Origin: Paragordius varius
Taxonomy: Eukaryota; Animalia; Nematomorpha
NCBI GenBank assembly: GCA_964247055.1
Contig: OZ176055.1
Span: 124,001-188,000, forward strand
DNA: 64,000 bases
Direction of reading: 5' to 3'
In this document: in pieces, positions 38,601 to 57,221 of the stretch
Numbering within the stretch: the stretch's first letter is position 1
How the letters are laid out: each line of letters begins with the position of its first letter
Made by a program: the position numbers and the translations under genes
The notes under the pieces: generated by a model
Database searches by the model: none
What the model was told of the DNA's origin: nothing
What the model saw: the letters and a program-made list of their open reading frames with translations, nothing else

Positions 38601-39329
38601 AAACGTAAATTTTTCTAAAATATTAAAGATAATATGCATTGAATATACCCTCCTAATCTTACAAAATTAATTAATAAAGCTATTTTTTATTTAACACTTA
38701 GCCGTTTGTTATGGCTTTTCCCTCTAAATACGTTACGTTACCATAAGTAAAAAATGCTATTTTGTTGAAACTTTTTGAGGACACATATGGGATCATATAA
38801 ATTTAAACGATTTTTAGTATTTCCCTTAGAAAATGAAAAACTTTAATCGATCGCTTTAATTAGCTACTGGATTAGGTTTCATCAGATATAAAATATAGGC
38901 CATAAAATAAAGATTTAAGCAATTTTTCAGCAAAAGAATGGTTTATTCTACAGAAACCCATGCTTTTAATGCGTCCTAAAGGCTGATTATTATATGTTTA
39001 TATTTGGCTTAGTATCTAAATCGCCCTAGGAAAATATATTCCGGAAGAAAATATGGTGCTCAATATTTCACGCGTGTGGTTTATACCACAAGCATGACAT
39101 CATTTAAAGTCACACGGGGTGAGCCCCTTAAAGTTCTTAAAATAAATGACTTTTTAATATATGCTGGATAATGTCATATAGTTTTTCAAAACTTTTTTCC
39201 TTAAATAAATTTTGTTTCGTTTAGTTTCTATGGTATTTTGAAGCGTTTCTATATATTTATAAAAATGGAAAATGCTGGCTTTGTGATCTAACTCCGGAAA
39301 ACCGGTAGACGCATTCAAATCCAAATATC

Positions 39330-39809
39330 GAAAAAATATAATCATTAATGAATGCCCCGACAATAGCTTCGCCCTTTTTTTGAATTAAGCCCCCAGTTCG
39401 GGCCCACCCTGTGTAAAAAACGGTTTTTTTTTCAAAACAGAAGTCCACAAAAATCGTGTCTTTGAGACAATTTTTCGTAGAACGTGTTGGACCATTCAAT
39501 TTCAAATATGATTTTTGTTTACTATTGCGCCGAACCTCGCTTTTTTAATTTAGGCCCTCTTTTTACCCGCTCCCCCCGTAATATGCCATTTTTTTCAAAA
39601 AAAACGTCCACAAAAATAATTTTTTGAATCTATTTTTCCCCCCAAGTAAACAATATATTAGTATGAATGCACCGTTTTAAAATTCCTATGAGATTATAGC
39701 TATTAAATAATGGTTATAAATAATCCACATATGTGGATCATTTTATTGTCCCTTTATTCAAATACCCCCCTCACCCCCGGGCTGCGTAGCAGCACGAGAT
39801 TTACACTAG
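39330..39809 (+). mobile_element. Helitron-like non-autonomous element, 3' terminus; 5' boundary uncertain
   Basis: A hairpin CGGGCTGC-GTA-GCAGCACG (39778-39796) lies 9 nt before CTAG, which is followed by T. This is the canonical Helitron 3' end. The upstream sequence is GC-enriched and internally repetitive. Confidence 0.5.
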
Positions 39810-40569
39810 TATATTATATAAATCGCTTGATGACTGAATAAAATTAAAAAAAACAAATTTGAAATTCAATCAATAATTTGAGGTAATGACTTTATTATTT
39901 ATGATGTCAAAAAAAATTAAGGTGTTTTTTACTATTTTCACCATGTTTTACACCCCCCCCCCCCCGATTTGGTGCATTGGATATTATTTTATTTAAAAAA
40001 ACATACCTATTTTGTTCCACCTCTGGTCCCGAACGGATTGTTTACAAGTTATATAAAAAGCTGTGTGTTAAGCAAACTAAGTGTTTTTGGACATAAGATG
40101 CTTTAAATTTTTCAGAACTTAAAATGTACAAATACGACTTTATCAAAACTGTTAATTTTGTTTCAAAAATTTTATTATTGTATTTTGGATCCTTCACCTT
40201 ATAAATGTTGAATCTAATTGACACACAATCTTATAAATTCTGTTTACATTTTTATTTTTAGATGTGGGCCCCGCAAAAATTTTCGCTCCTCTAAAATGGA
40301 CTAGTTCTATTATAATAAACGCAAAAATGCCGCTACGCCAAAAAAAATTTTATGCTAAATTTTGACATTAAAAAAATATTAAAAAGCATACTATTTAGGA
40401 AAGAGTATAAAAACGCTTTTGATATTATGAAAACACTTTTCTATATAATTTGATAATGCTGGACATTTCTATCGCTTCAGAATTGTAAAGGTTCGATTAC
40501 TTTAAAATATGACTGAACTTTTCTGTAAAAACGCAATTCACAATAATTTTAATCAAAATTCTGAGGTGA

Positions 40570-40930
40570 TAAAAATGTTCAGTATCATTAAATGTTGTGT
40601 TTATAATATCTTATAAACTGAATGATAAAAAAAGGATTGCAGTATTTGAAATATGGTGTTGGAGGAGAATGTTGAATATAAGATGGTCTGACAAGGTTAA
40701 GAATAAAACAATGATAAAATTAAATATGAGAGTCACTTAATGGGAGCTATAATAAAAAGAAATACGCAAATGGCCACATTTTAAAAAATATATCCCAGAA
40801 GATGTTTGGAAAAGTTGAAGGGAAAAGAAAAAAAGGAAGGCCGATGTTATGATGGCTGGACACTGTAAAGAAGGAATCTGGAAGATATATGAGTGAATTG
40901 CAGCAAATAGCTTGGAAAAGAGACAAGGTT
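40570..40930 (+). mobile_element. RTE-clade non-LTR retrotransposon, decayed 3' ORF fragment
   Basis: KRIAVFEIWCWRRMLNIRWSDKVKN and GKVEGKRKKGRPML*WLDTVKKE match the RTE/BovB C-terminal pattern (IDAFELWCWRRLLRVPW; GKIEGRRRRGRQRMRWLD). In-frame stops are present. Confidence 0.8.
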
Positions 40931-41521
40931 TTAATTTCCAAGGGTAACTCTACCTAGGGAATTACCTACCTTTATAAATCGTTTTCATACCGTTCCCATC
41001 ATGTCTTAAACTAGTATGAAGTACGGTCCCACATGCTAAAAATTTAATTTTCGAAAAAAAGTATGCATTTTTCTAAAAATATTTTTAGTTGATATCAAAA
41101 TTTTTCATATATTTAAAATATTTAGCAATCCCGGCATTTTTTCGTTTATCATAGAACTATCCATTTTAGAAGAGCGATGATATATGCGACATTTGGTTTT
41201 TAAATATAATTTTGCTTTTTATCGGTAGTTTAGGTTATATATTATGATATTTTTTGAAATAAAGCATTAAAACCAAAAAAAGAATATTTAAAAATGTGTG
41301 CAAATTTTGCCATTTCCTAATACGAAGCCCTTACCACAAAAATGTAATCAACTTTCTTATAAAAAGTTTAAGGGCCGAAACCCAAAGCACCATGATAATC
41401 CTGATACATTTCCTATCGGAGAATTTATATATAGGTTATATTTTGGGACCTATGCCACATTACCGTAAATAAAATCACTTGAGTAAAACAATAGTTAAAA
41501 CGCTAATTCTTTTAATATATA

Positions 41522-43328
41522 TTATTTTTTAATAAATGGTTCAATAAAATCCAAATATTGCCTAACATCAATGTAAAAAGACACTTTCAAATCCAGTTCA
41601 GGCTCATTGGCTACCTCAGAAGCTACACCAAACACTTTGTTATTGCAAACGAGAGGTCCTCCGCTATCACCCTATAATAATAATAAATATATTTATTATT
41701 ATTATAGTCAAAAGATGTAGTTAATATGTATATAATAGCATACTTACCATTTCAGAACCGCGCCAATTATCGTCAGATCTGCCACAAACTTTTCTATCTA
41801 AATTTAATTTTCCAGCTTTGATTCTTTGCTTGACCATTTCTATATCACTGCATGCGGCTTGCTCCAAATGATTTAATTCAACACTTTTTAGGATAGCTAA
41901 ACAATGTATTGTTATGAGAATATCAATATAAAATTATTGATTCAAAGAAATTAGAACCCAGTTAATAGTATCAATTAACGTTAGTTTTCAATTGAGTCAT
42001 GATAAATGTAATTTATTAAAGTACTCACCTAAGACAGGTCCCCATCCATAGGCAGTACATTTCCCTGAAACTAATTCTCCTTTATTGGGTATATCCATAG
42101 TCATTAAACCAGTTAAGGGTTTTGCCAAACTCAATATAGCAATGTCATTTTGTTGCAGTTTACTATTATAATGGTCATGTGGTATAATTTTTTCAACAGG
42201 CACAGTTTGTCCGGGCTGAGAAATATCTCTAACACCTGCTTTTATAGTTATCCTAGAGGGCTTTCTAAAATACAGGACACAAATAAATTAGCATAATATG
42301 GTATTTAAGTTTTATTCAAACATAGAAAATTATGTCATATGTATTTAAAGTTAAACAAACTTACAATTGATATACGCAATGCGCTGCTGTTAAGATGGTA
42401 AGGGGATTAAGAAGAGTGCCAACACATCGATCATCCGGCAAGTTCAAATGTACCTTTAGAATTGAATTCACCCCCATAAATAAAATTTATTTTAGAACAA
42501 TAAATTAGCCAAAATTATAGAAAAAATATTTTTTACGACGTAAGTGGTTGGCGTGGTTACAACAGTGCCTCCTGCAATCATTAATGCTAATGTGTGAAAG
42601 AAAATATTAAAAACACTTAACGAATATATTTATGAGGTAAATTACAGTCATGTACCTTTATTTTATGAAAAAATTTGTTTTCTTCGTTAAATGCGTAAAA
42701 TTATTTGGTAAAGAAGGGAAAAAACAGGAGCTATATGGTATTAACAATATCATATTCATCAAAAAAAGTCTAACAATTACCATAGAGCTCTTGTTTTTTC
42801 CATTCTTTACCAAATATTTATACCCATTAACGAAAAAAAATAAATTTTTGATAAAATAAAGGATATATGACTGTAATAAATACAACGTAAAACATGGAGC
42901 GGTTTAAAAAAAACTATATTTTTAAATGTATTTCACAGATTATATACTAGGGTTATAAAATAAAACATTACACCAAATTTAACTGTTATTTTACGATTCC
43001 ATAGATTTATATTAAAAAATAAGGATTTTAAAATGTGCTTGACTTTATAAAACATTCTGTAACTTATTAGTGTGCCGTTCATTGTTATGTTGTTTTAAAA
43101 GCAATATTATTGGATTTGAGTGTTAAGTTAACAACATAATTTATTTTATATGATAAATATTAAAAAAAGATTCATACCTCTGGCTTTTTTCATGGTTGTT
43201 GTATTGTATCCATTGTCACTTTCGTTTCGGCTATAACGATAAAGTCTTCCATTTAACTGTGAAGCAGTACATTCGAAATTTTTTACATGGATAATTAACA
43301 AAGTTACAAGGAAAGATTTTAGGAACAT
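41522..43328 (-). CDS. Secreted chymotrypsin/trypsin-fold (S1A) serine protease
   Basis: Exons 43328-43178, 42586-42537, 42453-42365, 42264-42029, 41896-41748, 41671-41522 (TAA), all phase-compatible. Signal peptide MFLKSFLVTLLIIHV, activation site IAGG, and an intact catalytic triad: LTAAHC (His), NDIAIL (Asp), GDSGGPLVC (Ser). Confidence 0.92.
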
Positions 43329-44410
43329 TTTGATACAAAATTTAAAAATAAACCGTTTTAAGATTAGTCGCCCTTTTACCAACAATTACAAATAAAATGA
43401 GGGCAGAAGGTCACCAAATATTTAATTAGTAGATGATGTTTTATTATAAAATGACTCTATTACCTGACCTTAAAATAGGATTTTAATTCCAATAATACAT
43501 AGATGCTAAAACATGGGACTGTTAAAATTATCAATATTGACACTTTCTAATCGGAAGCTATTAATGATACTCTATATTAGATAGCTTATCCTAATACAAG
43601 TAAAAGGAAAAATACTTGGTCAATATTGATTTTGGTAAAATTAAATTTAAATGGTTTCAACTGAACGTACTAAACATTTTGGATGTAAAATTCAATGAAA
43701 ACACATTAATTCGTTGCTTATTGCACTGCATCCAATCTCGGGTGTATAAATAAATAAGCTTATATATTGTTAAAAATGTAACAAGATTATTTTGATTTGA
43801 ATCCTGATATGTTACATTAGATCATAAAGATAGTGAAATGATAATGAATTTCTCAGAAAAAAGAGTTATTTCAATTTTTTATAAAGGTTATTTACATGAT
43901 ATCACAACACAACTATAAATTAAAGATAATTGACGGTATTCGCAGGTAACATACAAAAATACGTGTAAATTAATAGATAGGATATTTGCACCATAAAACA
44001 AAAAATAAAAGTATATATAAATATATTATCCTCACTAAAATTTGTATCATGCATAAAAAATTGTAAATATAACTAATTCGAATAGGCTACAACAGATTCT
44101 TAGAGTGATTTTAAAAAATTTATCATCGTTGTAACTGCCCCCTATCAAGAAATTAATTTGCGCACATTTTATAAGCATTATAAAAATATATCACTAAAAT
44201 ATTTCATAAACTAGACATAACAAGTAAATTTTAATTTTTAGATATAGACTCCAAAACTTCCGAATCTCATCCCTTTAAATTAGACTTATACCCTTAAAAA
44301 TGCAAAAAAGCTGAAATTGCGCGATAAAAATTTTAATGGTATGCTAAATTTTGAAATCAAAAAGTATTTTCTAAAAAATGGATATTTTGTTTAAAAATTT
44401 AATTTATAAC

Positions 44411-47400
44411 TAAGGTGACCAGATTTTTTGAAGGAAAAAGCGGGACAAATCTGAAAAAGGGGGGGGGGGGTCATTGGGGGATACAACCAAAAATTTTTAT
44501 ACAAAAAATTTATTGTAATATTTATTTATTTTTAACACAAATACATTATATAAATATAAAAAATTTGTACCTTACAAGTTGTTTGTACCTTATTCAATAA
44601 ATTTAGTGCACGAACAAAAGGTGAAGTGATTTTAATATTCTAGAAAAAAATAATAAAGACGAAATCATCACAAAGTGCGCTGGGTGATGCAAGAAGCGCC
44701 ACAAAAAATATTTTTAACAATTTAGCGAATAATCTTAATCAAAATTGATAGATACACAACGCTATTCAAACAGCTACTGATTTGTTACCCCTGGATGTGG
44801 AAAATATAGATGTTAAAATGCTTGGATATTGTAGAACTGTTGGTTAGCTCTTTTGCCGGCGATTGAAATATTTATAAAGATGTGATCTCCTAGAATCCTA
44901 TTTTTTATCACAGGACAAAGGTCAAAATTCCAAGTCAAAAAAGGTTAGAAAATAATTTTATACCATTACCTAATCGCAATTTTATAAAGCATCCAGAAAA
45001 ACAAGGCTTATGAATAGCCAGAATATAAAAATGTTTTATACAAACAGAAACGATTATTTGGAAGACAAGACGGTGCACAATGACACTTTTTTATGAAGTC
45101 TCATTATTAAATAAATATATTGAATGAAAACTTATATTATGAACAACAGAAAAAATACATAGAAATAGTTAAAATAATCATTTTTAAACAAATTATGTTC
45201 CATACAATAATTTTTTAATTGTAGAATTTGCATTATCGTTACCTGAACCACTGCTATTGAACGCGTTTTTCCACAGTAAACTAAGGACACGGAATCAAAT
45301 TTAAATGTAAAAGCCATTTTATGTGTTCAAATATAATTTGACAAATTATGAAGACTTTTACAATATTTTAAGTAATTTTGTTTATTTTTTAACATAAAAA
45401 CTTTATAAATATAAGAAAATATTTTATTCTTTGGTATATTTTTTGTTTGAGTGAATGCGTTTTAGCAGATTGTCATCATTTTTTAAAATATTGTAGAAAT
45501 GAATTTGTCAAATTATATTTGACAGATAAAAGGCCTTTAAAGGTTCAACATTTAAATTTAATTTTTCCGATGTCCACACCTGATTTACTGTGGAAAAACG
45601 CGCTCAGTAGCAGCGTTGGCTCCAGGTGAAGCTAGTAATTCCACAATTTTTTAAATATTATTGTATGTAATATAGTTGGCTTCAAAATGATGAAATATTT
45701 CCAACCATTTCTTTTCTACTGTATATTTTTTTGTCCATAATTTAAGTTTTTTATTATTAATATATCTTTTAACTAAGAATTTTTGGGAACAGTTATAATC
45801 AAATGATTTTTGAACATCGCACCAATTAAATTATGGTTTAATGTTATCCTATGAAAATGATCAATTTCATTGAATTGTGTCGTCCAGTCTTCCAAATAAT
45901 CTTTACAGTTTGTATAAAACATTTTTATATGGTACAGGATATCTTGGCGATTTATTAAGCCGTGTTCTTCTAAATTATTTATTTTGCGGATGGTTAATGG
46001 TATAAAATTATTTTCTAACCTTTCTTGACATTGGAATTAAGTTCTAACTTAATTGACTAATTCAATTGCCGAAATTTTGTCACCTTCTATCAATTTAATA
46101 ACATTTTGAAAGAGAGAAGCTTGATTATGTAGGGACTCTAACCATATTTTTGAAGAATCACTTTCAAAAAACTTTTCCAAAGTTTTAGGACATTTGTCCT
46201 GTGATAAAAAATAGGATATTAAAGGAAAATACATATTTATAATTCTTTCGATAGCTGGCTGAAGAGCTAACCAACGAGTTTCACAATATCCAAGCATTTT
46301 TTGATATTGAACTTCTGCATTTTCACAGAATTCCTTGAGCGTTTCAACGCGTAACGTGTATATATAAAAAAATATATATTTTAATAACTAAATTTTCCAC
46401 ATCTAGGGGTAACAAATCAGTAGCTCTTTGAATAGCGTTGTGTAAATGCGCTGCACACCCAACGCCAATAATGTTTTGATTAAGATATACTGTAATTTAT
46501 GAAAAATATTTTTTGTTCCCCTCCTTGCTTTTCCACCTAAGTTCGTATTGGTGTTGTCAGCGCAATATGCGATAATTTTGTCTTTTAAATTATTTTTTTC
46601 TAGAATATGCATTATTGAAGTAAATATTATTTCGGAAGTTTCACCGGGTAGAGAAATAAATCTAAAATTTTAATTTTTCCGGTTTCTGAATCAAAATATC
46701 TTATTAAAGTGGGAAATAATTTTGTTTCCTTGTGAGATGAAGTATAGCGATATGAAATTAATTTTCAGTAAATCTTTTTGTATTTCAGAAAATGCATGTG
46801 GCGAAAGGAATTGCATTTAATGGCTTCGGCCCTTGTACGGGTACATGTAAATTTTTTAATGAATAAGGTGCGAATAACCTGTAAGGTACAGTTCATAGAT
46901 CTAAAGGAATGATTGTGATTAACGGCGTGAAAAGATAACACGCCCTCAGCTAGTGCCAAATTCTTTTCTTCCTCTCCAAAAGCGGTTTTACGAAAAAGAT
47001 CGCTCATTTTGTAAGATGATGCCCCATATCTAAACATTTTTTATGTTTCTGTGTTTCCATATGCTTTGTAATATCATGCTTGCCGCCATGTGCTAGGGTG
47101 AATTCCCCCTCGCATATAAGACATTTAACAGATGATTCATTCTTCGTTTTTTGATAAAAGGAAAATCTTTCATTAATTCATCGTTGAATTTACAACCTCT
47201 TTTGCGCTCATATTTATAAATTACTATTAGTATAATAATTATATTACCTTAAATTTCTGGAATAAACGTGTAAGGTCCGATTTGTGGTATCAATATGTCT
47301 TTTAAGCTACCGATTTGTGGTATTAATTTGTATTTTAATCTAGAGATTTGTGGTAACTTGGCTTTTTGATAATGATGACAGTAGTAGTAGGATGCAAAGT

Positions 47401-47657
47401 GTATAATCATATGATATAAATTCGAAAAAAATAAATATTTTAATTTAAAAATAAAAAATTTTAATTTAAAATTGAATATATTTTAAAGATATTTAATGAT
47501 AAAAAATATAAACGAATAAAAAAATTTATTTGTATTTAAAAAAAATTTTTTTATATAATCGTGAAAAAGCGGGACATTTTAAAAACGTAGCGGGACGCGG
47601 GACAAAGTGTGAAAAAGCGGGACTGTCCCGCCAAAAGCGGGACGTCTGGTCACCTTA
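44411..47657 (-). mobile_element. hAT DNA transposon (Blackjack-like termini), defective
   Basis: TIRs TAAGGTGACCAGA...TCTGGTCACCTTA, subterminal GCGGGAC repeats, and an identical 8-bp TSD TTTATAAC at 44403-44410 and 47658-47665. Confidence 0.92.
45450..47211 (-). pseudogene. Frameshifted hAT transposase
   Basis: Fragments occur in the right order: BED finger (CLICEGEFTLAHGGKHDITKHMETQKH), AEGVLSFHAVNHNHSFRSM, IAYCADNTNTNLGG, ETRWLALQPAIERI, and the dimerisation motif PGANAATERVFS. Several frameshifts and stops interrupt them. Confidence 0.85.
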
Positions 47658-48649
47658 TTTATAACAGATGTTAAAGCATACATAATAGTATTAGGCATGA
47701 TAACGGTATAAATACAATTTAAGATAATCTATAAACATGTTGTCTATATAATTAGATAATGCTAAACATTTGTATTAGACCTCCGCATTTTACAAAGTTT
47801 TTTTTATAAATTTGGGTAATTATTTTAAATAACACATATAAGGCGAAAGAATATTTTATAAATATTCTGAGATGATATCAATTCCGCATCATGGAATTAT
47901 ATATAAAAATGTTATATAATTTATTAAAATGTACCTCCATCATGCTTTGACATAGTTTGAGGTACATTCAACAGAATTTCATAAATTAAATCTTTAAGGC
48001 AAAATATTCATTTTTTGTTTGAAAATAGGGTCAAAATTTACCATATATAAAAATCGCGCAACCTTGGCATTTCTGCTTTTATTTTAAGATAACTAGCCCA
48101 TTTTAGACGAGCAAACAAATTTGAACTCTTGGGGCATCTAAAAATTAAAAATCATGAAAATTATCGTTCTGCTATTTATATGCAGTTTACTATATTTTAG
48201 TGAAATATATGGAAGTTAAAATTTTGATATTTTAATAAAATTAACTAATTATTCACGGCCATAAAATAGCACTTTTAGAAGCGCATGCGACCCATAGGCT
48301 GCGGATTAAATATCTTTGGTTTGGTGTTCCAACTAAATATATTTAATTTAACAAATATGTTTAATTTATTTCACTGCGTCCGTCGAATGTGTTTTTATTA
48401 CATTTACATTTTTGTTAAATGGTACCGATTTCGTTATAATATTATAATAAATATTGCAATTTGGATAACCATTTTATCCAGCGTGAATAAATAACCGCAA
48501 AACATCTCAAATATTATTGTCAGCTTCTTTTTATTTCAAACAGGATACTAGATGTGATTAAAAAACTGAATATTTTTGTTAGAGAGTACATACAACTGGG
48601 GTGATTGTTTAAGGGGTAATTAACATGATTGGCTTCGCAGGACAAATAA

Positions 48650-49135
48650 AGTATTTGCACTTCAAGAGTGTCCTTGAACACTGCAAGTTGGTCCTTAAAA
48701 TTTTTAAATTTTGTTTTAACCATAATTTTTGCATTTATTTTTTTATTTTATTATTTTTTAACCTAATTTGCTTTATTTATTATTTATTTCTTAATTTAAA
48801 AATAATTTTTTATTAATTTAACAAAATTATTAACTTTTAAATGCTTTCAATGAAAAATTTAAATAATAACCCAGAAAACCTATATATCTTTAATTACGTG
48901 AATCTTAGAAATATCTAAAATAATTTTAGAATAATAAAGATATACGGTTTCATAATTAAAGGTTGATATTAATTAAAATTTATATTAAATAATAGAAAAT
49001 TGGTTAAAAACGTAAAGTAGATGAATGATATACGATTTGATTAAAAGCAAAACAAAAAAGTCAAAGGACCAACTTGAAATGTTCAAGGGTCAACTAGAAG
49101 TGTTCAAGGACATTCTTGAAGTGCAAATGGTATAA
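48650..49135. mobile_element. Diverged family B-related inverted-repeat element
   Basis: TTTGCACTTCAAGAGTGTCCTTGAACAC... at 48654 is inverted at 49090-49132 (...GTGTTCAAGGACATTCTTGAAGTGCAAATGGTA). Confidence 0.55.
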
Positions 49136-50309
49136 TATGGGTATTGATGAATATAAGATTACAAACAAAACAATGCTAGCACAATATAAACTTTTTTCTA
49201 ATTAGATCCCAATTTAGACTTAATTAATTTGTAAAAATCATTAATTTTACTAATTATTTGTGAGCATATTTTTGTTCCAATTTTTCGTCGGCCGTTCATA
49301 TTTGGGGGCCGAATGTGGCCCGCAGGCTGTGTGCTGAACACCAGTGTACTGGAGCCTAGAGTTTGTAACTCAATTACATAATTATCGAATCATAAAATAT
49401 AAAATAAATTAAGTATTTATATATGAGAAATATATATAATTTGTTTTTGAATCATAAATTTACAGTATGGATTTTTATGGTGGTTAATTGGTAAAGTAGA
49501 GTTAACACTTGGATGCAAGACATTCATTTCAGTCCTTTGATTCAAATTGGGGTAGTTGGATACATCAGGCCTGTTTAAAATTAAATAATCAAAAAACATA
49601 CAAGGAATCGAAACTATGGCAAAATTTTGAACCTTTGGTAAACCGAAATATATAAAATGTTTTATTTAAAAATACTTGATATTTCCTTTTTAATGTAAAA
49701 ACCAAAGGTAAAATGTAGTCAATGTAACATATGTGCATTGGCTTAATTGAATAATAATATAAAAATAAACCACTTTTTCTATTTCCATCAATGTTAAATG
49801 TAATGTAAATAGGAAATCAGCTTTGATTTTTACGTTAGAATCAAATAAACACGATATTTTGCAAATAAAATAAAAATGGCGTTTAAGTAATTTCACATGG
49901 AACATTTTTTTTCAAAAAATTTTTTTTTAGTATTTTGGCTTTTTTATATAATATTATAGGGAGAGAAGCATAAATTTAAATCTGGACTGTCTTCAGTAGT
50001 TTTTTAAATAATTAAAATTTAGTCTGGGGTATTTAGATTCCCCAATTTGAATCAAAGTGTTAATATATTTGTCCATTATTTTTTTTATTTTAACCATTTG
50101 ATGTTTATTACCCATACGCTACTGTATTACGAACTGCCCAAATAATATGAATTGGTTAACAAAAATGTGCATAAATATTTTACTTGTTTGTATATTTATA
50201 TCAGGATAGAAGCATATTAAAACGGTTTTTAGTAGTTTTTTGATAATATCATACTATACAGCCCCATATAGAGTCGACCTTTATTGTAAATTGATTAAGG
50301 AATGATATA

Positions 50310-50585
50310 CAATCGAAATTGAAATTATAAGGACAAAACGTAAAAATTTAAAAACAAATTTTATTAAATATAACAATAATTTTAATACCTTAGTTTTTCT
50401 CATATAAGCTATTTAGTTACAATTGTTAATTACAGAATTGATTGTGTAAGTAATATTCATTTTAGCCATTTAACACAATGAGTTATATTTAATAAATTTA
50501 GATTTAAAAATTATAGTTGCATTTTAGAAAAAAATATTTGTCTTTATATTTTTGCGTTTCGTTAATATAATTTTAGTTTTTATGA
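50310..50585. mobile_element. Family A MITE upstream of Aurora
   Basis: Both TIRs are recognisable; the outer ends are eroded. Confidence 0.7.
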
Positions 50586-51194
50586 AATTAACTAATATTT
50601 TTTGGAATGATGCACTACAGGTGCGTGACTTTTAGAGGTTAAAATTGGAACAACTCAAAAACACGATTAAAACATACAGCTAATTAAACCAAATTATATC
50701 ATGTTGGTAATATGTGGCCTGAATTTAAGTTATAAACATTTTTAACCATAATATACATTTAATTGCCTGTTTCATTTGCAATTTAATTTTATAGAAAAAA
50801 ATGGAGGCAAAAATGGTAATGAAGCGTTACATAGTTATACTAAGGATATTTGTAAGATATTTTTTTACAGCGGTCAACTACTTCAATTTGTATCAAAAGA
50901 TTAAAGAAATGATTTGATTCTTGGTGTTTGTCACACATTTTTCTGGATACATAAATACTTGTTGTATCATGTTTCTTTAAAAAATTTTCTAAGTATAAAC
51001 TAGACGAAAATATATTTAAAAATTATATAGTAGCTAAGGGTTAAAAAATTATTTTACAAATATATTAAAATGCAAATCTCAAAATATTTATTTATTTTTA
51101 GAACATCCCAAACGATGCATGTGACACACATTCATAAATCTTTTTGATGCGCAAAATTTAAATTTAGAATTATTTCACTAAAGATTTTGATAAT

Positions 51195-56656
<5,462 letters not shown>

Positions 56657-56724
56657 TGAAATGGGCGAAATCTGTTACAATCAAAAAAAAATATTTCTAA
56701 CTAATTTAAAATTTTTATGCGCAA

Positions 56725-56970
56725 AGTCAATAAAACTTGAAATTATACGGATAAAACGTAAGAATATAAAGACAAATATTTTTTTCTAAAAGATAGCCAC
56801 GCTTTATATCTCGAATTTTTAAAAGCAAAATAATTGTTAAAATATATAATTCAATTACATATTTTATTTAGTAAAAATTTGGAGGATTCAAAAAAGTATG
56901 TTTGTCTTTTAGAAAAAAATATTTGTCTTTATATTTTAACGTTTTGTCCGTATATTTTCAGTTTTTACTG
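56725..56970. mobile_element. Family A MITE between the convergent Aurora and WRN stop codons
   Basis: Both TIRs are present. It starts about 70 nt after the Aurora stop. Confidence 0.8.
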
Positions 56971-57221
56971 TAATTTTGCAAATGTAACGCATAAATCACA
57001 CCATAAAATGAACGCAACTATCCTTTGGTGCATGGGTCTTAAATTATACTTTTTGAAAATTATTTTAATTTAAAGGACAAGCTTTTCATAGAATATATTG
57101 CTTACTTGGAGGTAACACTCTGCAAAAACCATTTTATTTTTATTATATATTACGAGAATAAAAACCCACATAATTTATAATATTTTTTATTAAATGTATC
57201 ATTTATAATTTATTTCTGCAA

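Noticed and set aside
49303-49345. GGGCCGAATGTGGCCCGCAGGC, resembling a hAT-Charlie 3' end (similar traces near 8030 and 52860)
   Set aside because: Only a ~40-bp trace with no partner end or TSD, so it is too weak to annotate.
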